From contig JBNGIO010006185.1 in the NCBI GenBank assembly GCA_049999805.1, positions 96,170-160,169 on the forward strand: 64,000 nucleotides of DNA, read 5' to 3'. Positions within the stretch are counted from its first letter, which is position 1; every line of letters starts with the position of its first letter. The DNA is from Folioceros fuciformis. Its lineage: Eukaryota. Below, in pieces: positions 27,356-38,837 of this stretch. The notes under the pieces were generated by a model. That model saw only the letters and a program-made list of their open reading frames with translations. It did no database searches and was not told where the DNA came from. A program made the translations under genes and the position numbers.

Positions 27356-27839
27356 TCCCCTAGCTTCGCTTGAACCTCCTCCTCACAATCTTCATCCACA
27401 AGTGAAATCACAAGAGAAGCTCACAAATTCCCAGGGTTTGCTCGCGAATTCTTTCAGAGTGCCCTTGCATCATCCTGGCTCTCCAACGTCTCAACATTTC
27501 ACGTACTCTTCTCTCCGTTCATGTGTTACAACAGTCGATCCCGTTCCGTTTTCTTTTCTGATTAGCCAAAATCGTGATCTTCGAATCCTTAAACCCTCTG
27601 CTCCTGCAGCTAGGGCTTGGACGACACTGGAAATCGCGTCTGAATTTTTGATTCGCGAGCCACGGGACGTGACGTGACGTGACTCAGGATAATTTGTGTC
27701 TGCGAGCTGAGGAGCCCGTGGATTGCAGGGCAGGAATCGAGCAGGGAGCCAATCTTGAAGGAGACGAGGATTACGCAATGTGGTAGTGGAGAGCTTACAG
27801 TTCTTCTTCGCTGTGACTATGGTGCTGGAAGTGCGTAAC

Positions 27840-30532
27840 ATGGCTCTGCTCTCTCGCCGCACGGTGTTGTCCTTTGTTTGCCGGTCTCCATTTCACATTC
27901 CAGCCAGCAGAGTGCCTGCTCGGAAATGTTGTGCGGTTGCGCTGGCACGGCCGGCGAGTCTGGCTCCAGCTGAAGTGGCTGTAGGTGCAGACAATTCGAG
28001 GTCTCCGTCGAACACGGCTGCGCTGCTGGAGAAGTTCAGGTCGAGGCAGATCAAAGATGCTGCACGAGCTGCTGGCAGGATGCCAGTGGTCAAGGAGAAG
28101 CAAGTTGCGGAGCCACCAGCACCGTTGCCGGAAACATTCGGAGAACTTGGCTTGACTGACGAGCTTCTGGTTGCGCTGGATCACTTGAAGATAGAAAAGC
28201 CTACCGAAGTCCAGCGCATTGGCATTCCTGCGGTGCTAGCAGGAGAGAATGTTGTGGTTGCATCGCATACTGGATCCGGCAAGACTCTTGCGTACATGCT
28301 TCCTATTGTTCAGGTGTGTCTGCGCGGTTCTGAAACGAATGTCTGTTTTTTCATCGGTTCATTTGCTTCCATGATCGTGTGTGATCCTACTGCAATGTGA
28401 GGGCGATGCTGATGCCCAGAATTGAGCTTCTCCCAAAAAATGTGTTGACACCAGGCGACTAAGTACTCACTGTTCTCTTCCATGGAATGGTGCAGGCCTT
28501 GAGAACGGAGGAAGCTCTCCACGGCTTTTCAACTAGGCCAAGAAGACCGAGAGCAGTGGTTCTCTGTCCCACCAGGGAGCTGGCCGAGCAGGTTTGTCCA
28601 TTGGACCACTATTCTTTGCATCAATATAATGTGCTGCGGGGCTGGCAGTGTCGTGAAGCTGACCGGGATTTTGCTTCATCTGCCAGGTCTATAAAGTAGC
28701 AAAATCGATATGCCACCACGCCCGATTTCGAGCGGCCATCATTGGGGGTGGCTCAAGGATGAAACCTCAAGAAGATACGTTAAATAGTCCTGTGGACATG
28801 GTTGTTGGGACACCAGGGCGGTTATTAATGCATATTGAAGAGGGGAATATGGTCTATGGTGATATGAAGTATGTGGTGAGCTTTTGAACTCTAGCTAACT
28901 AGTGTACTTGCTCATGGATGACCATACTTCTCGACCCGTGTAGCCCTGACCAATTCACTTTCTTCTCACGTTGCTGTCAGATATTGGACGAGGCAGACAC
29001 AATGTTTGACCAGGGATTTGCCCCTGAAGTTCGCAAGTTTCTTCGCCCTTTAAGAAACCGGGCATCCCAACCTGGGGACAAAGGGTTCCAAACTGTCTTG
29101 GTCACCGCCACAATCACAAAGGTGAGAGATAAGTGGTGGGCTTCCCTTTATTGTTTCGCTTTCCACATCAACATGGAAGCTTTATATTCTGTGATGCATC
29201 CTCGCAGGCAGTGCAGAAGCTGCTGGATGAGGAATTTCCAGGCATTAAAAGACTCTACACCTCCACTTTGCATAAGAAGGTGGCAACTGCTCGACATGAG
29301 TTCATAAAGATATCAGGCTCCGAGAACAAGCTCGATTCTTTGCTGCAGGTAACCGTAGCTTGTCGGGACTTAAATCTTGGACTTCCCCTAGTTTCATAGC
29401 TTGCCTGACTTGGTTTGCAAATTGGCAGGTTTTGGAACCAAGTGTTTCCAAAGGGCATCGAGTGATGGTGTTCTGCAATACAGTCTCTTCATGCCGTGCC
29501 GTGGACCACCACCTTCGAGAAAGTGGTATGACCACAGTCAACTATCATGGAGAGGTTCCTGCAGAAGAAAGGTTCGTGGTTGCCTGCTCCATGCGCATTT
29601 GGGTGAACGGGACTTCTTGCATCTTATCATCTTTCTCGCATCCTAGCTGACTAGAGTTTTTAACTGAACCCTCACCGACGTTACATGTACCATACAGGGT
29701 TGAGAATCTCAATAAATTCCGAGCTGAAAACCAGACTAGAGTACCTCCTCTTATCTGCACCGACCTGGCCGCACGTGGACTTGATCTCGTGGTGGACCAA
29801 GTCATCATGTTCGACTTCCCCTTGAATTCGGTAGGTGTGCATTGTCTCAAACAGCGTGGTCGTTTGATTGCCTGGTTGATTTACATCGTGGTTCGTCTTT
29901 TCCTCATGCTAGTTTCTGACTCTCGATAGCTGCTCTTGTGTTCAGATTGACTACCTTCATCGAACAGGGAGGACAGCGCGGATGGGTGCCAAAGGTAATT
30001 CTAACCCGCTTGAACTCGTAGGCTGACTGTTGTTTCGTTACTTCATCAATCACTGGCTCTCATCGATGTCGTGACCCTTTTTCCAGGAAAAGTAACCAGT
30101 TTATTCACGAAGCACAGCCAGACGCTTGCTGAACAAATTCAGCTGGCCATGAGTAAAGGGGAGTCATTGGAGGGAGTTATTGGAAGCCGGGAGAAGCTGG
30201 AGGTGATGAAGAAACTGGAAGCCCGAACAAGGAAGGAGACGGAAGGACGGAAGGATGACAAGGCGGGCACCAAAAGGGGAACCAAAGTCGGATTGGTGCG
30301 CAGCCCATCTGGTGCTCTCAAGATTGCCAGAGGCTCGTCACCACAGTCAGTAGGAAGGAAAGTAGGTAGTAGAAGTTCGGTTGCGAAGCGATACGGCACT
30401 GACTCGAAGAGACCATCTAGGCCCCCTAGCAAGTCCCGACCTTCGCAGGCTGTGGGCAGCTTCAAAAGTAAATCAGGTCCTAGTGCAGGTAGGAGCAGGA
30501 AACCTGCCTCTGTAAAGAAGCGCGAAATGTAG
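27840..30532 (+). CDS. RH39: DEAD-box RNA helicase RH39 (plastid), multi-exon
   Basis: [72 protein letters not shown]. Confidence 0.9.
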
Positions 30533-30618
30533 TGAGTTCTCGAAACTTCGTGTTGAGTTCCTTTAAAGAGGTTCTCGCAAGCTTCGTATTGATGCCCGTG
30601 ATCAATCCGGCAATCCAG

Positions 30619-31775
30619 ATGGCTGCCTGTTCCCAACTGCGCGCGCCTTTACAGGCGTTGGCAGCATCCAGCATTAGCTCGTCCGAGGGGTTGCGGCAGG
30701 GCAATCCTGTGCGCGTTCGACTGCCTCTGGTTCCATCGCGTAGACAATGCAACGGCGCTTTCATCAGAGCCGCTACTGCAGTGGCGCCTAAGGTTTAGTG
30801 TCAGGGACCTTATTTTGCTTGAGCGGCAAGCTGCGGTAGTCGTTTTGCAGTGTCTGAGGGATTCTCATTTTCTGTTTTGGTGCATCAGTTCAAAACCTTG
30901 ACGCCGCTGGGAGACCGTGTCCTGGTGGAGATCGAGACTGTTGAGGAAAAGACGAGCGGCGGAATTCTTCTCCCTACCACTGCTCAGACCAAGCCTCAAG
31001 GTGGCAAAGTTGTCGCCGTTGGCGAAGGGAAGACAGTCGGCGACAAGAAGGTTGCTCCCAGCGTACAGGTTGGACCGCTTTTGCAGCCCTAACCGAACTC
31101 TGGTTCCCAGTCAAGCTGCTCCGTCTGCCGGCTAGGATATGTTGAGCCTATTGGCTTTAGCTTCCGGGGGAATAACCCATTCATCTGCGCAGACCGGTAA
31201 CTCCATTGTGTACTCGAAGTACGCTGGAACAGAAGTGGAGTTCAACGGCACAGACCACCTTTTGCTGAAGGAAGATGATGTTGTCGGGCTTCTGCAAACT
31301 GATGACATCAAGGATTTGCAGCCTCTGAACGACAGGGTGCTCATTAAGGTGACGTATCCTCTGAATCTTGACTTTTGCACTATTTTTGTGGTGGAGGCCC
31401 GCTCACGCGTCTGCGGATGTCAGATTCAAGAAGCAGAGGACAAAACAGCGGGCGGAGTGTTGCTTACAGACAGCGCCAAGGAGAAGCCTGTCATTGGGAC
31501 TGTGAGTAAGCTAAAACCCTAGCTAAGTGACCGGTGTAGGAATTGTGATGCTGAGCTGAATTCAGTGTGCTCTCTTTTTTTGCGATTGCGATTGTGAGCA
31601 GGTTGTTGCGACTGGGCCTGGAGCTCTTGGTGAAGACGGTGTGCGGAAGCCGTTGCAAATGTCCTCTGGCAACAGTGTATTGTACTCCAAGTATGCTGGA
31701 AACGACTTCAAAGGCAAAGATGGGGCTCAATACGTGGTCCTGAGGGCTTCAGATGTCCTCGCCGTGCTGAGCTAG
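30619..31775 (+). CDS. CPN20: Chloroplast 20-kDa co-chaperonin (tandem GroES domains), 5 exons
   Basis: Transit peptide, then [20 protein letters not shown] / YSKYAGTEV / [19 protein letters not shown] / [11 protein letters not shown]...DVLAVLS*. Confidence 0.95.
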
Positions 31776-32268
31776 ACAACAACATTTTTGTCATATCAAC
31801 GTGATATAACTTGAGTTCACGTTTCAACCTAACGGGTCTTGCGGCTTCCTGTGGCTCCTATCTCGTAGATATACCAAGTCCTGTATCCTAATTCGGTTTA
31901 CATTCAGAGCTCTGGTTTATCATGCTGCAAGGCGCAGCTCTCATTGGCTTTCAGCTACCTGCCAGGCCTCAGATCTGCTACTGTGGGGTCAACCGTGTTG
32001 AGTATGCCGCCTGCAAAAGTGTGATAGGCATGGCTGCCGCTCGCCATTCAAGTACCTCTTTCGCTAGTGTATGTACATATCATTACCATCATGATATTGT
32101 TCCCATTCCAATGCCCACACTTTCCAATGGAAGGGTGACAGATGGCGAGGAACTTTACACACAGTAGTTTCCTCTTCCGCCTTCATTGATACACACTTAC
32201 TTCAGTACTCTATATTCATCACAAGCTGCTATGCATCTAGCGGAGGCATTCTAGGCTCACTGCCAAGG

Positions 32269-32450
32269 CTAATTAATATAACCACCAGGTGGTTCGCTAA
32301 GAACTCTCAAGATGGGTTCGTCTCTTCGGTCCACCACCTTGTACGGACGCAGAGGAGCTAGAGGAGGCATCCCAGGCTCATTGCCGGGGCTAGGACCACT
32401 GGGTGAGTTCCTGGGACCCTTCCAGTCGATCACCTCCTGCGCAGGTGGAC
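32269..32450 (-). pseudogene. Truncated paralog (3' part only) of the SGPS-repeat peptide precursor
   Basis: VIDWKGPRNSPSGPSPGNEPGMPPLAPLRP..., plus a 3' flank (32090-32270) homologous to 35890-36100. No signal-peptide region. Confidence 0.7.
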
Positions 32451-32457
32451 GAGCCAG

Positions 32458-33030
32458 AAGAATCATCAGCCACCTGTGCCCTGCAACACTCTCAACTTGG
32501 TTGAAAGTCGTAGGACACAAGGAAAAACCCAGCGACACTCCCCTAAATGCTTTTTTATTCCTCGAATTAGCGAAATTGTAAGAACTTGATCATAGCCCAC
32601 GATATTTCATGATATTCTCACTTCACACCAGTCCAAAAGACGGGCTCTACAACGCGCCTACGATTTGCGCACAAATGTGCTCACTTCTCGACTACTCCTG
32701 AAACCAGGATCCCGTGCACAGAAAGCTCCTTCCAATGGACACGCCACCGCTGCCAATCCTCGCTTGCGGCTTGCTCCCGTGGTGAGCTGCAAACGGATTG
32801 AACCACAGCCGTGACTAAGATGCTTTTGCGTGACAAGCACCAGACAGTGACCTGGACCTCACAAGTGTGAGAATAAGGAGATGGTACGATAGTACAGTTC
32901 CCAAAGCACAAGTACGTAGTGGTGTCGGTCCAGAGACCCTGCACGGAGCGTTCAGAGCCGTCCTTATGCGATCTGTCCCACACTTAAAATGTAGCTAGGC
33001 CTTTCACAATCCGTGCATGCCGGGTTCTTG
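32458..33030 (+). repeat. ~0.6-kb segment duplicated at 40641-41340
   Basis: aagaatcatcagccacctgtgccctgcaa...cgacactcccctaaatg...gtggtgagctgcaaacggattgaaccacagccgtgactaa...ccgtgcatgccgggttcttga is present in both places in the same orientation. Confidence 0.88.
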
Positions 33031-33661
33031 ATTGGGCTTTTCTGGTGTCCGTGGGGCTTCCCTAACTCAAACAATCTGAAGGCATCTATGATACTTCGAG
33101 TTTATAATTCAAGTCTTGCGCTATGCACACCAGTGCCAGTGCTTGCATCTTCGTCAGCGGATATTTCGATATTTTTCCCGCTCTGCTGCAAGATAGATTT
33201 AACCGTGGCCTGCTCGTCGTGAATATGGACCGAGAGGACTGCGTACATCACACTTAGCTGCCTTGCCTGATCCTCAATCGAAATCCAAATGGTTTGATGA
33301 GAATGGTTTGACGAGAGCGAAGGTTTCTTAAACTATGGGTCTTCTTCAAAATATACCTCTATGATTTCAACCGCTCGCCCCGAAGCCATGTAGGGACGCT
33401 CTCCGTCCTACCAACTTGGATCGGGCCCTACACCAAGTTGAACTCTGGCAGCGTTTTGCCAGGCGGAAGCGGTTTTTCAACAGCCCTTTAGAGAGGAGTG
33501 TTCCTTGCCAGAGGATGACGCACGATCTCAAAGACCCCGGCAGGTGGTTACTCCATCGGAGATTGGAAGCAATTTTCAACACACTATAGCCAATTGCTGG
33601 ACCCCGTCCCAGGCCAAAAGCCATATGACTAGTCGTTCAACAAGTCTGCTGACCTCCCGCC

Positions 33662-34868
33662 TCAACATCCACAATCTGTAAGGCCAGTGTACCCCACCTG
33701 CTTCACATGTGTCCTTAAATGATCCAGCAAAGTGTACACCGTTGGCTCATGTTCATGCCTGCCTGCCTGCCATCGCCCACGAGGAATGTGTGCAAATGCT
33801 GTTTTCATGCTGGATCCAGCTCTGGCCAGGGTTCTTCCATGCACCTGCACACAGTCTCAGAGTATTCACTTCCTGCCCTGCGCACAGTCCCACAATCCAG
33901 CATTCGTAAACATGTTTGCCATCTGCACATACGTCGCCGAGTGCTGTGGGTCCGAACCCACATCACCATGGAAGGCACGCTTCCCAAGCAACACGTTACC
34001 ATGCTTTTGACAGGCACCCAGCAAACACAACCACAGCGTCAAATCGGGCTTCATGGGCATCTGCGAAAGCATAACTTCTGTGAGGCTGAAGAGCTCAGCA
34101 CGACTGACCAGATCGATGACACAAGCATAATGCTCCAGCTCCACAGAAATGTCATGCTCCCAGCTCATGTTTCCGTGACTCCGTTTGGTTTCACTCCTCT
34201 CCCACACATTCTCTCGTTGCACTCCACACTCAACTCACAACTTCCTTAGCGAGCGTAACCAGCAATAAGCGCCGTCCACGATACGACATCCGGCTAGGGC
34301 AATGAGTCAAACATGTTCTGAGCATCCTGCATGCTCCCACACTCGCTGTGTGCATGAAAGAGACTGTCTGCCACACAAAGACGCTGCTCCCATCCACTCT
34401 CCCGTATCCTCCCATGGATCTGCACACAGGCGCTTGAGGCCCTTGCACGACTGCACGCTTCCAAGATACACACAAACATGCCCTCATCCAGAATCGTGCC
34501 CCTAGCCCCCAACCGACCATAAAGTGGCAAGGCTCTTTCTCCTTGTTCCTGCTGGCCATACGCCGAAATCATGGCAGTCCAAGACACTAAATCATGCTTG
34601 GACAAAAAGTGGAACACCGGCTCGGCATCCTTGATGCTCCCACACTTTGAATACATACCATACATATTGCTGCACTATTGACAAAATCGTCTGATCCAAA
34701 TCCCATTCTCACAGCTTCCGCATGTACTTCCTTACCCTGCCGCAGTGAGTCTACCTTGACTAACCTACCATCCACAAGAACTCCTTTCTCCTTGTCTGCA
34801 ACCATGCCACAACCCTGGAGACTGCTGACAAAGGCCCATACATCTAGACTCAAACCCTCTTCCCTCAT
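33662..34868 (-). pseudogene. PLS-E class PPR pseudogene
   Basis: MYSKCGSIKDA..DLVSWTAMISAYGQ, VELEHYACVIDLV, DPQHSATYVQMANMF, and a PG-box-like KNPGQSWIQ are spread across several frames (frameshifts and stops). Confidence 0.8.
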
Positions 34869-36166
34869 GTGTCCATTGGAGTGGCACATCGTGGAAAGAT
34901 CGAGCTTGCAGTTGTGTACAACTCTTTTCAATATGAACTCTTGGTTGCTCGAAGAGGCTGTGGTAACGTCCTCCGTTCTATCTTCTTCAACCTTTGAGCT
35001 CAACCGCGCTTGGCACTGGGTCATTGTGTTTAGTTCGAAATCCAGTGTGATGGGGCAGGGAAGTGTTGATCTCCTCATGCTGTCCGACCGTGTACAGGTG
35101 CAGACCTCAATGGAAAACCCATATCGGTATTAACACGGGAAACAGCACTGGAAGATGCTACTGTATCACTGAGCTTCTCCTGTAAGGTGTTTTTGGGCTT
35201 TGAAAGGTAGCTTCACGCATGGGAAGATCTTTGGTTTCATCAGCTAATACTGCTAATCTATGTTTGCAGCCAGAACTTCGGTTGCGAATGGTGGATGCCA
35301 TATCTAAGGTAGCATGCTCTTAAAGTTCTGTCTGTCCGGGCTGTAGGCACTGCTGTGAGTTGAAGTACATCATGAAAAGTTGTGGTCTTATCATCTTACG
35401 TTGCTCGTAGAGGGTGCTGTAGCAGTTGAGAGTGAGCCTTCCATCTTGCTGTTGTTGAGATTGTAACAACGGTTGCCTGGGGTTAGGCTCTTGATATGAG
35501 CTCCGTTGGCGCTGGTCGACTGGGTTGTTTCTTTGAGCATCGCTCGAAGGTCTGTGCCCAGCAAGTGGATCCTCGAGTTGAAATGCCTTTCTGGGTGGCT
35601 CTGCATGGCTGATGATAATATCAATCCATGAGGAACGCTTGTGTTTTGTTCAGGATTACGTTGTGCTATTACGATTTCGCCTCCTGGATTCCCAGACAAA
35701 TCATGACCCCAGTGTGCCCAATTCTTTTTGCAGCCATGGGATATTGCAGCAGCAAGGTTGATCGTGGAGGTATGTGTATCCATCAATTCTTGTCGGTTTG
35801 GTGACTCCGAAGAAAGTCCTTCACTTGTGATGGAGGTATCGATAGAGCCGGAGACTTCTTTTCTATGGTTGAATTTCATCGTTACAATCGTGATTTTGTT
35901 CCCATTTCAATGCCAACACCTTCCAATGAAAGGGTGCCAGATGGTGAAGAACATTACACACAGTAGTTTCCTCTTACGCCTTCATTGATGCACAGTTTCC
36001 TCTTACGCCTTCATTGATCCACACTTACTTCTATACTCTATATTCACAAGCCTCTATGGATCTAGAGGAGGCATTCTAGGCTCCTTGCCAAGGATAATTA
36101 ATAGAACCACCAGGTGGTTTCGCTAACAGCTCTCAAGACGCCTTCGTCTCTTCGGTCCATCACCTT

Positions 36167-36629
36167 CTACGGACGCAGACGAGCCAAAGGAGGCATCCCA
36201 GGCTCATTGCCGGGGCTAGCACCACTGGGTGGGTTCCTGGGACCCTTCATGTCGATCCCCTCCTGCCGACGCAGACGAGCCAAAGGAGGCATCCCAGGCT
36301 CATTGNNNNNNNNNNTCCTGCCGACGCAGACGAGCCAAAGGAGGCATCCCAGGCTCATTGCCAGGGCTAGGACCACTGGGTGGGTTCCTCGGACCCTTCT
36401 GGTCGATCACATCCTTCAGAAGCCGAGGAACTAGAGGAGAAATCCCTAGCTCATTGCCAGAGCTAGGACCACCAGATGGGTGCCTGGCATCCCTCAAGAT
36501 GTTGCCATCAATCTCGTTGCTGTTGGGCAAGTGACTCCCAAATATGCCGACAAGTGTGCATGCAAACAGGAGGAGAAGAGCGAGGAAAACGGTAGAGAAA
36601 GATCGCCCCAACCCCACAAATTTTGTCAT
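36167..36629 (-). CDS. Secreted precursor with repeated CLE/IDA/PIP-like RxxPSGPxP peptide domains
   Basis: The signal peptide MTKFVGLGRSFSTVFLALLLLFACTLVGIFG is followed by 32-aa units containing RHPSGGPSSGNE, RNPPSGPSPGNE and RNPPSGASPGNE. A 10-N gap lies inside the array. Confidence 0.72.
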
Positions 36630-36927
36630 TCTGACTACCTGCACAACCCAAGCAAACATCAAGTAATAAGTTTCGTCTTCCATCTCAACTGCAGTTTGCT
36701 TCACCAACACTCTACTCATTTCAACGCAAAAATAATAAAAATAATAGAATCATCTAGAAGCAAATCTAAACAAAGTATCTCAATCAGAGCTACGTAAATT
36801 TCAATCTATGAGTAAGACTACTGTAATGAAGCCTAACAGCAAAAGTACTTATCAAGAGTATGCATAACTCACCAAAAGGTGAGCAATTGCACTCAAATAT
36901 GTGAGCTTACCAAGAGAGGAGCTTCAC

Positions 36928-36934
36928 ATATATA
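36928..36934 (-). promoter_or_regulatory. Putative TATA box of the peptide precursor gene (5'-UTR intron ~36872-36639)
   Basis: TATATAT on the minus strand, followed by a G/GTGAGT donor at 36872 and a TGCAG acceptor just upstream of the ATG. Confidence 0.5.
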
Positions 36935-37980
36935 GTAAACAACCTCATCTTTATGCCGATACCAAGTGCCTTCCCTTCGCTCCTTTATCACTAAAAGTCT
37001 ATAAAACTATCTTTTTGCACTACATAATATGAATTTCAAGAAGAATTCATGATGGGGTTCAACTTGATTTTATGTATAATATTATCCTCTTGATTACGTC
37101 TATCACTACATTATTTTTATTCTTTTTGGTTATCTTAAAATTTTCTTTCCATGGGCATTCCTCAAATACAATCAAAAGGATCTTCCTTGAAGGTGGTCTT
37201 CGAAGAGCTGAATGGGGGGGGGCAGGCAGGGGTAGAATGGAAGTGGGAAGTCTTCTCTTTACCCTGTCACCTACTTGCACCCAAAACAATGGAGGCCTGA
37301 ACCCTAATCATAAAACAACCCACCGCTTAAGCACAAGTAGATTTGAACCCACCTTGGAAGCCCCAAATTAAAGGAACATGAAAAGAAAGTCTAACTATAA
37401 ACATGTCATACCTTACAATTATTGAAAAGGAGAGTTGATCTTTTGAACAATGCCTCATTTTAAAGTTTGAATGTACATAAATTGATTCATGATTCATGTC
37501 CTACAACATCTTGGGCAACAAAGATCTTGGTCATGGTAAGGTCCATGATGTTGCCAAAAGTGGGCTAGGTGGGTGTTCGTCTTCCATACGTCACCACTTT
37601 TCGCCACTTGATTGTTCCCTTTGTGACGGTACTGGGTACATGACGTATCCAAAATGTTCCCTTTGTGACGTTAATGGGTGGGTGACGTATCAAAAGAGTG
37701 GCTACTTGACCGGTCCTGTCTGGTCCCTCCTTGTGCGACCTACTGGTTGACAGTATGCACGACAACTTCTAGTGGGGTTGACAGTATGTACTACAATGTT
37801 GAGTTGACTGCTATTGTGCAAAGTGACCGGATGAATGAGATTATGGAGATGTAGAGTGACTCGTTTGACTGTTCCACGTCCGTTGCAACGACTCTTTGAA
37901 GGCTGCAATCCTTAGAGAATATTAGGGTTGAGTGCTCTAAAAGGGGTTAGGGCTGGGTGTCGGAGAGCAGTGCGGCTGCG

Positions 37981-38370
37981 GCTATCTGCAGTGTTCCCAA
38001 GCTCTCATTATGTGATAGTCCATCTAGCTAGGCTATCTGCAGTGTTCCCAAGCTCTCATTATGTGATAGTCCATCTAGCTAGGATTGCTTCATTGCAGTG
38101 AGTGAGCCCGATGAAAACATTGCATCAGCGCCCAATGAAAGCATTGCTTCATGAGTGGTTCCTCTACTGACAGTGTGTTTTGTTTCATCCAATAAGTGTT
38201 TCAGGGATACAAGGTGTGAGTGCTGAAGCTAGGTGATTCTTCTTTTTTGGGTGCTTCTTCTTTGAGGGAGTGTTCTGGCCAGCTCCGAGTAGCCAGGTGA
38301 TTCTTCGTTTTTGGGTGCTTCTTCTTTGAGGGAGTGTTCTGGCCAGCTCCGAGTAGTGCTTCATCAAGGG
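37981..38370. repeat. Two small tandem duplications (~52 bp x2; ~63 bp x2)
   Basis: gctatctgcagtgttcccaagctctcattatgtgatagtccatctagctag occurs twice. aggtgattcttc..tttgggtgcttcttctttgagggagtgttctggccagctccgagtag occurs twice. Confidence 0.85.
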
Positions 38371-38837
38371 AGTGTTCCAGCCAAAGTCTTCCAACCATCC
38401 ACTTAGCAAGTCCTGTAAGGTAGGTATGCACAACAGTAGCCGGAGTTTGGAAACTTGGAAGTTATAGAGTTGCAAGATGCTTACGTGAGTGGCGCGGCTT
38501 GCGGCTTGGTGTCTTTGTTGCCTTGAAGTCGGACTGAGTGGTAGTGGGAGTCAACTGTATCTATGTCAGAAGTCGCAAAAGTCAGTCGCAAAAGTCAGTT
38601 GTGTAGAAGTCAGAGGGGTGGGGTGGGTGTGACCCAGTGGCAAGGTTTCACTCAACCATGGTTTCTGGTTGTCAACTGCTAACAGACTGCTGTAACGACA
38701 CAGTTAGGCTTGCCTTACCAGCATGACCTAGGGTTTGGTCACAGGAAGCGGATCTGCGGGCTGCAGCCCGTTGCTGTTTCGGTGGGTTGTTGTAGGCAGA
38801 GAGGATCTGGACTGACAGCTGTGCATCATGTTTCAGG

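Noticed and set aside
37496-37908. CxxCxGxG (DnaJ-type zinc finger) motifs
   Set aside because: Only one good and one degenerate motif, from a short tandem duplication, with no J-domain or gene model.
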